DNA of 61,105 nucleotides from Candidatus Melainabacteria bacterium GWF2_37_15 (GTDB lineage Bacteria; Cyanobacteriota; Vampirovibrionia; Gastranaerophilales; UBA9971): NCBI GenBank assembly GCA_001784565.1, contig MFRL01000064.1, positions 1 to 61,105 of the forward strand, read 5' to 3'. Shown piece by piece: positions 57,804 to 61,105 of this stretch (position 1 is its first letter; each line of letters starts with the position of its first letter). The notes under the pieces were generated by a model. It saw only the letters and a program-made list of their open reading frames with translations, ran no database searches and was not told where the DNA came from. The position numbers and the translations under genes were made by a program.

Positions 57804-58544
57804 ATGGATTTTACTATTTTGGGGTTTATTATAGTTGGGTTTGTTGCTCAATTGCTAGATGGATGCCTTGGTATGGCCTACGGTGTAATCTCAACAACGT
57901 TTTTAACCGGGATTGGCATACCTGCAGCGGCTGCCAGTGCAAGTGTGCATACCTCGGAAATATTCACCACGGCAGTTTCAGGGTTCTCACATTTCAAGTT
58001 TGAAAATATTGATAAAGAACTGGTAAAGAAGCTTTTAATCCCTGGAGTAATAGGTGGAATAATCGGGGCATACATACTAACAGCAGTTCCCGGGGATAAA
58101 ATAAAGCCATTTGTAACAGTATATTTGTTGATTATGGGGATAGTAATTGTTGCAAAAGCCTTTAAAAATCAGGTGCCAAAAGAAGTAAAAACAAAAATAG
58201 TGCCATTGGGATTTATTGGTGGGTTCTTTGATGCAATTGGAGGTGGCGGATGGGGGCCTATTGTTACTTCTACTCTTGTAGCAAGGGGAAATTGTCCTAG
58301 ATATACTATTGGTTCGGTTAATTTTTCCGAATTTTTTGTTACTGTTGCACAGTCCGTTACTTTTTTCCTCACAATAGGTCTAACCCACTGGAAAATTATA
58401 CTTGGCCTTCTGCTTGGCGGGGTTGTGGCTGCGCCTTTTGCTGCTTTTTCCTGCAAAAAATTACCGCATAAACCGCTTATGGTGCTGGTCGGTTTATTGA
58501 TAATCATTCTTAATTTAAGAACTCTTATAATATTGTATATTTAA
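57804..58544 (+). CDS. TauE/SafE (TSUP) family sulfite/sulfur-compound transporter
   Basis: AQLLDG.LGMAYG, ASASVH..E.FTT, GGFFDAIGGGGWGP, GSVN.SEF. Confidence 0.92.
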   Translation: MDFTILGFIIVGFVAQLLDGCLGMAYGVISTTFLTGIGIPAAAASASVHTSEIFTTAVSGFSHFKFENIDKELVKKLLIPGVIGGIIGAYILTAVPGDKIKPFVTVYLLIMGIVIVAKAFKNQVPKEVKTKIVPLGFIGGFFDAIGGGGWGPIVTSTLVARGNCPRYTIGSVNFSEFFVTVAQSVTFFLTIGLTHWKIILGLLLGGVVAAPFAAFSCKKLPHKPLMVLVGLLIIILNLRTLIILYI

Positions 58545-58615
58545 ACCAAAAGAAAAACAGCAGACTTGCGCCTGCTGATTAATTACCTAGCTATATCGTA
58601 GCTATATCTCGCTGT

Positions 58616-59020
58616 TTAGTTTTGTTCAGATTCTTTTGTTCTTAAATGGTTTGCAACTAATAAAGCAGCAGCGATACCAGCAGCAATTTTAATAGTTTTA
58701 AGTTGTGGAGTAGCTTTTAAAACTAATTCTTTCGCCATACCAGCTCCTTTAACCATTTGTTTAATTACAGGCTTAGAAGCTAAATATTTTGTAGCTTTTG
58801 TTAAACCTGATTTTGCTGTTGATGCAGCATCTAACATTTTTATTGAATACTTCTTTGTGGCTAAATTATGTGCAAAACTTAGTACTTTTTCTGATCTCAC
58901 CATCTTATCGACAGCCATTGCACCTAACCCTACTGCAGCTACTTCTCCTGCAACAATAGCCCTTTTTTTTGTTTTTTCTGAAAACTGAGGCATTGTTAAA
59001 TTAACCTGTAACTTTTCCAT
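58616..59020 (-). CDS. Basic hypothetical protein with two hydrophobic segments
   Basis: 134 aa, AAGGAG RBS; Lys/Ala-rich; PQFS near the N-terminus. Confidence 0.7.
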   Translation of the reverse strand: MEKLQVNLTMPQFSEKTKKRAIVAGEVAAVGLGAMAVDKMVRSEKVLSFAHNLATKKYSIKMLDAASTAKSGLTKATKYLASKPVIKQMVKGAGMAKELVLKATPQLKTIKIAAGIAAALLVANHLRTKESEQN

Positions 59021-59165
59021 ATAATTCTCCTTTACTGAGATGATCTACCTATTATTTTTTTCCTTCCAATTGTTTAAATGCTGATGAAAAAAAAAGTTGA
59101 CACTTTACAAATAAATATTTAACAAAACTTAACAATAATGTTAGAATTCCAGTAGGAGATTAAAA

Positions 59166-60653
59166 ATGAGACCAAAATTTAAAATATTAATCTGCGCATC
59201 TGAAGTTGTACCGTTTGCAAAAACAGGCGGACTTGCTGATGTAGCAGGTAGCCTGCCAAAAGAACTCAAAAAACTGGGCCATGATGTTAGAGTTGTAATG
59301 CCTAGATATTGGGAAATTGACAAGGAAAAATACGGATTAAAACCTGTACCCGACCCTCTCGGTGTACCAATGGGCGTTATCGGGGAAATGTGGTGCGGTG
59401 TTCTTGAAGGGAAAATTCCGGGAACTGACGTGCCGGTTTATTTTATTGAACATGAACACTACTATGGCAGGAAAAACCTGTACAATGACGATAGCGGCCA
59501 GGGATTTATGGATAATGATAACAGGTTTGTGTTTTTATCACGCGCCTGCCTGCAATTATGCAAAAAAATCGGGTTTTATCCTGATGTAATTCATGCCAAC
59601 GACTGGCAAACAGCAGCAATACCTGTACTTCTAAATACTGCATATAGGCATGATCCTGTCGGTAACGCAGCCAGCGTCCTCACAATCCATAACATGCAAC
59701 ACCAGGGCAGTTTTTATGAAGGATTAATGGATGTACTCGGAATCGGTTGGAAGCATTATAATTTCCTGGAACTTGAATTCAACGATCAGGTTAATCTCTT
59801 AAAAGGTGGAATCCTTCATTCAACGCATATAACAACTGTGAGTGATGGATATGCAAAAGAAATCCAGAGCCATGAACATGGTTGGGGACTTGATGGAGTA
59901 GTAAGAGATAGAGCGGGCAACCTTTATGGCATACTAAACGGCTGTGACTACGATGAATGGAACCCCGAAACCGATAAACACATCATTAAAAACTATTCCG
60001 CAAGTGACCTCTCAGGCAAACTCGAATGCAAACGTGACCTGCAAAGAACTTTTGGCTTGCCTGTAAGAGATGATATACCGCTTTTTGGCATAGTAACACG
60101 GCTTGTAAGACAAAAAGGGGTGGATATACTTGCAGAAGCTTTATATAAGCTAATGGGTCTCGATGCTCAATTCGTACTCCTCGGCACCGGCGAAGTGTGG
60201 TCGCATTTTTATTTCGGCGGCGCACCAGGAATGTTCCCTGAAAAAGTTGGTGTTAACATTGGTTTTAGTAACGAATTGGCACACAAAATCGAGGCTGGTT
60301 CTGACTTTTTCCTCATGCCGTCAAGATTCGAGCCATGCGGTTTGAACCAGATGTACAGCCTGAGGTATGGTACTTTGCCAATTGTACGAGCAGTAGGCGG
60401 TTTAAATGACACTGTTGAGAACTTTAATGAGCAAACACTTGAAGGGAACGGTTTTAAATTCCATGACCTGACCCCTAATGCCTTGTTTGATACAGTCGGC
60501 TGGGCAACATACACTTATTATCATAATAAACCTGCAATGAAAAAGCTTATTCAGAACGCCATGAACAAGCGCTTCACATGGGAGGACGCAGCAAGGAAGT
60601 ACGATGATGTTTATTATCTTGCTGTACGCAACAGGCGCAACATTTATATTTAA
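59166..60653 (+). CDS. glgA: Glycogen synthase
   Basis: SEVVPFAKTGGLADV, HANDWQT, TIHN, QKG.D, MPSRFEPCGLNQ, GGL.DTV. Confidence 0.97.
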   Translation: MRPKFKILICASEVVPFAKTGGLADVAGSLPKELKKLGHDVRVVMPRYWEIDKEKYGLKPVPDPLGVPMGVIGEMWCGVLEGKIPGTDVPVYFIEHEHYYGRKNLYNDDSGQGFMDNDNRFVFLSRACLQLCKKIGFYPDVIHANDWQTAAIPVLLNTAYRHDPVGNAASVLTIHNMQHQGSFYEGLMDVLGIGWKHYNFLELEFNDQVNLLKGGILHSTHITTVSDGYAKEIQSHEHGWGLDGVVRDRAGNLYGILNGCDYDEWNPETDKHIIKNYSASDLSGKLECKRDLQRTFGLPVRDDIPLFGIVTRLVRQKGVDILAEALYKLMGLDAQFVLLGTGEVWSHFYFGGAPGMFPEKVGVNIGFSNELAHKIEAGSDFFLMPSRFEPCGLNQMYSLRYGTLPIVRAVGGLNDTVENFNEQTLEGNGFKFHDLTPNALFDTVGWATYTYYHNKPAMKKLIQNAMNKRFTWEDAARKYDDVYYLAVRNRRNIYI

Positions 60654-60724
60654 CTTATTGACTTCTTTCCATGGTTGTACTAAATCTAATAGATATAAGT
60701 TAGATATAGGGAATGAGGTAGGAT

Positions 60725-61105
60725 ATGGAACAAGTCAAACAAGTCAGCTTTGGAACAAACATAGTAATTCTTAAAAAAATTAGAAGGCTTCCTGGATATG
60801 CACAAGACGCCATGAAAATAACTGCATTGCAAAGAAGGGCTAAAGCTGATGGTATAGATTTAAAAATGAAGGCTGATTTATATAGTGGTGAAACAAAAGG
60901 CAAAAGAAGAGCATATATAGCTGCAGAAGTTATTCATCCTGAAGGAAAATTTAAAAAATTTGTATACCCTGGTAAGGATAATAGAATGGTAGAAAACCCA
61001 TCATTTATGGATAGGGTAGCACTGCTATTTCCTAAACTGCAGGAATTTCACAAACCTTCACTGGAAAACAATCCATACGGAACGAATAGAGTATTTGAAA
61101 GAATC
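60725..61105 (+). CDS. Hypothetical protein (5' part, runs off window; not in ORF track), paralogue of 56485..56973
   Basis: MEQVKQVSFGTNIVILKK...KPSLENNPYGTNRVFERI; GAGGT RBS; upstream DNA similar to that of 56485. Confidence 0.8.
   Translation, partial: MEQVKQVSFGTNIVILKKIRRLPGYAQDAMKITALQRRAKADGIDLKMKADLYSGETKGKRRAYIAAEVIHPEGKFKKFVYPGKDNRMVENPSFMDRVALLFPKLQEFHKPSLENNPYGTNRVFERI

Noticed and set aside
58588-58608. TAGCTATATC direct repeat x2
   Set aside because: Short duplication next to a terminator-like hairpin; no further support.
1-61105. CRISPR array, rRNA, intact transposase or prophage
   Set aside because: No regularly spaced repeat-spacer array; the periodic repeats are in-frame coding repeats; no such genes recognised.

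Overview
AT-rich bacterial chromosomal window, most likely from a non-photosynthetic Cyanobacteriota (Melainabacteria/Vampirovibrionia, Gastranaerophilales-like). That placement is inferred from the FTLAEVL-type prepilin family and the style of the orphan genes. Housekeeping genes include ugd, galT, crcB, rpsP, feoB, nnr, gatD, split transketolase, ftsEX, tRNA-Met(CAT), nrdJ, two tmk-like genes, an MnmC/MnmD-like methyltransferase, dCMP deaminase and glgA. They are interleaved with many lineage-specific genes. The first 13 kb is a Ca2+/surface-themed cluster: an RTX-repeat protein missed by the ORF track, an Flp-like pilin, a CHASE2 adenylate cyclase, a beta-helix protein, a harpin-like Cys-free protein and an 1818-aa protein of 17 three-EF-hand modules behind a sigma28-like promoter. 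The strongest candidate for an undescribed system is a dispersed set of signal-peptide-less orphan proteins. They share an upstream DNA motif (GTNAA-T-tract...GTTTTATATA) and short peptide motifs (N-terminal VSF[G/K] or xSIF, C-terminal KPLNI[IL]A or K.SF), which suggests a co-regulated, non-Sec export/effector regulon. Other points are a structured ~235-nt candidate ncRNA upstream of nrdJ, palindromic REP/MITE-like repeats, a YIDPGTGS-peptide + kinase/methyltransferase + sulfatase-fold operon, and several gene relics. No CRISPR array, rRNA or intact transposase was seen. All assignments come from reading the sequence; no database searches were run.
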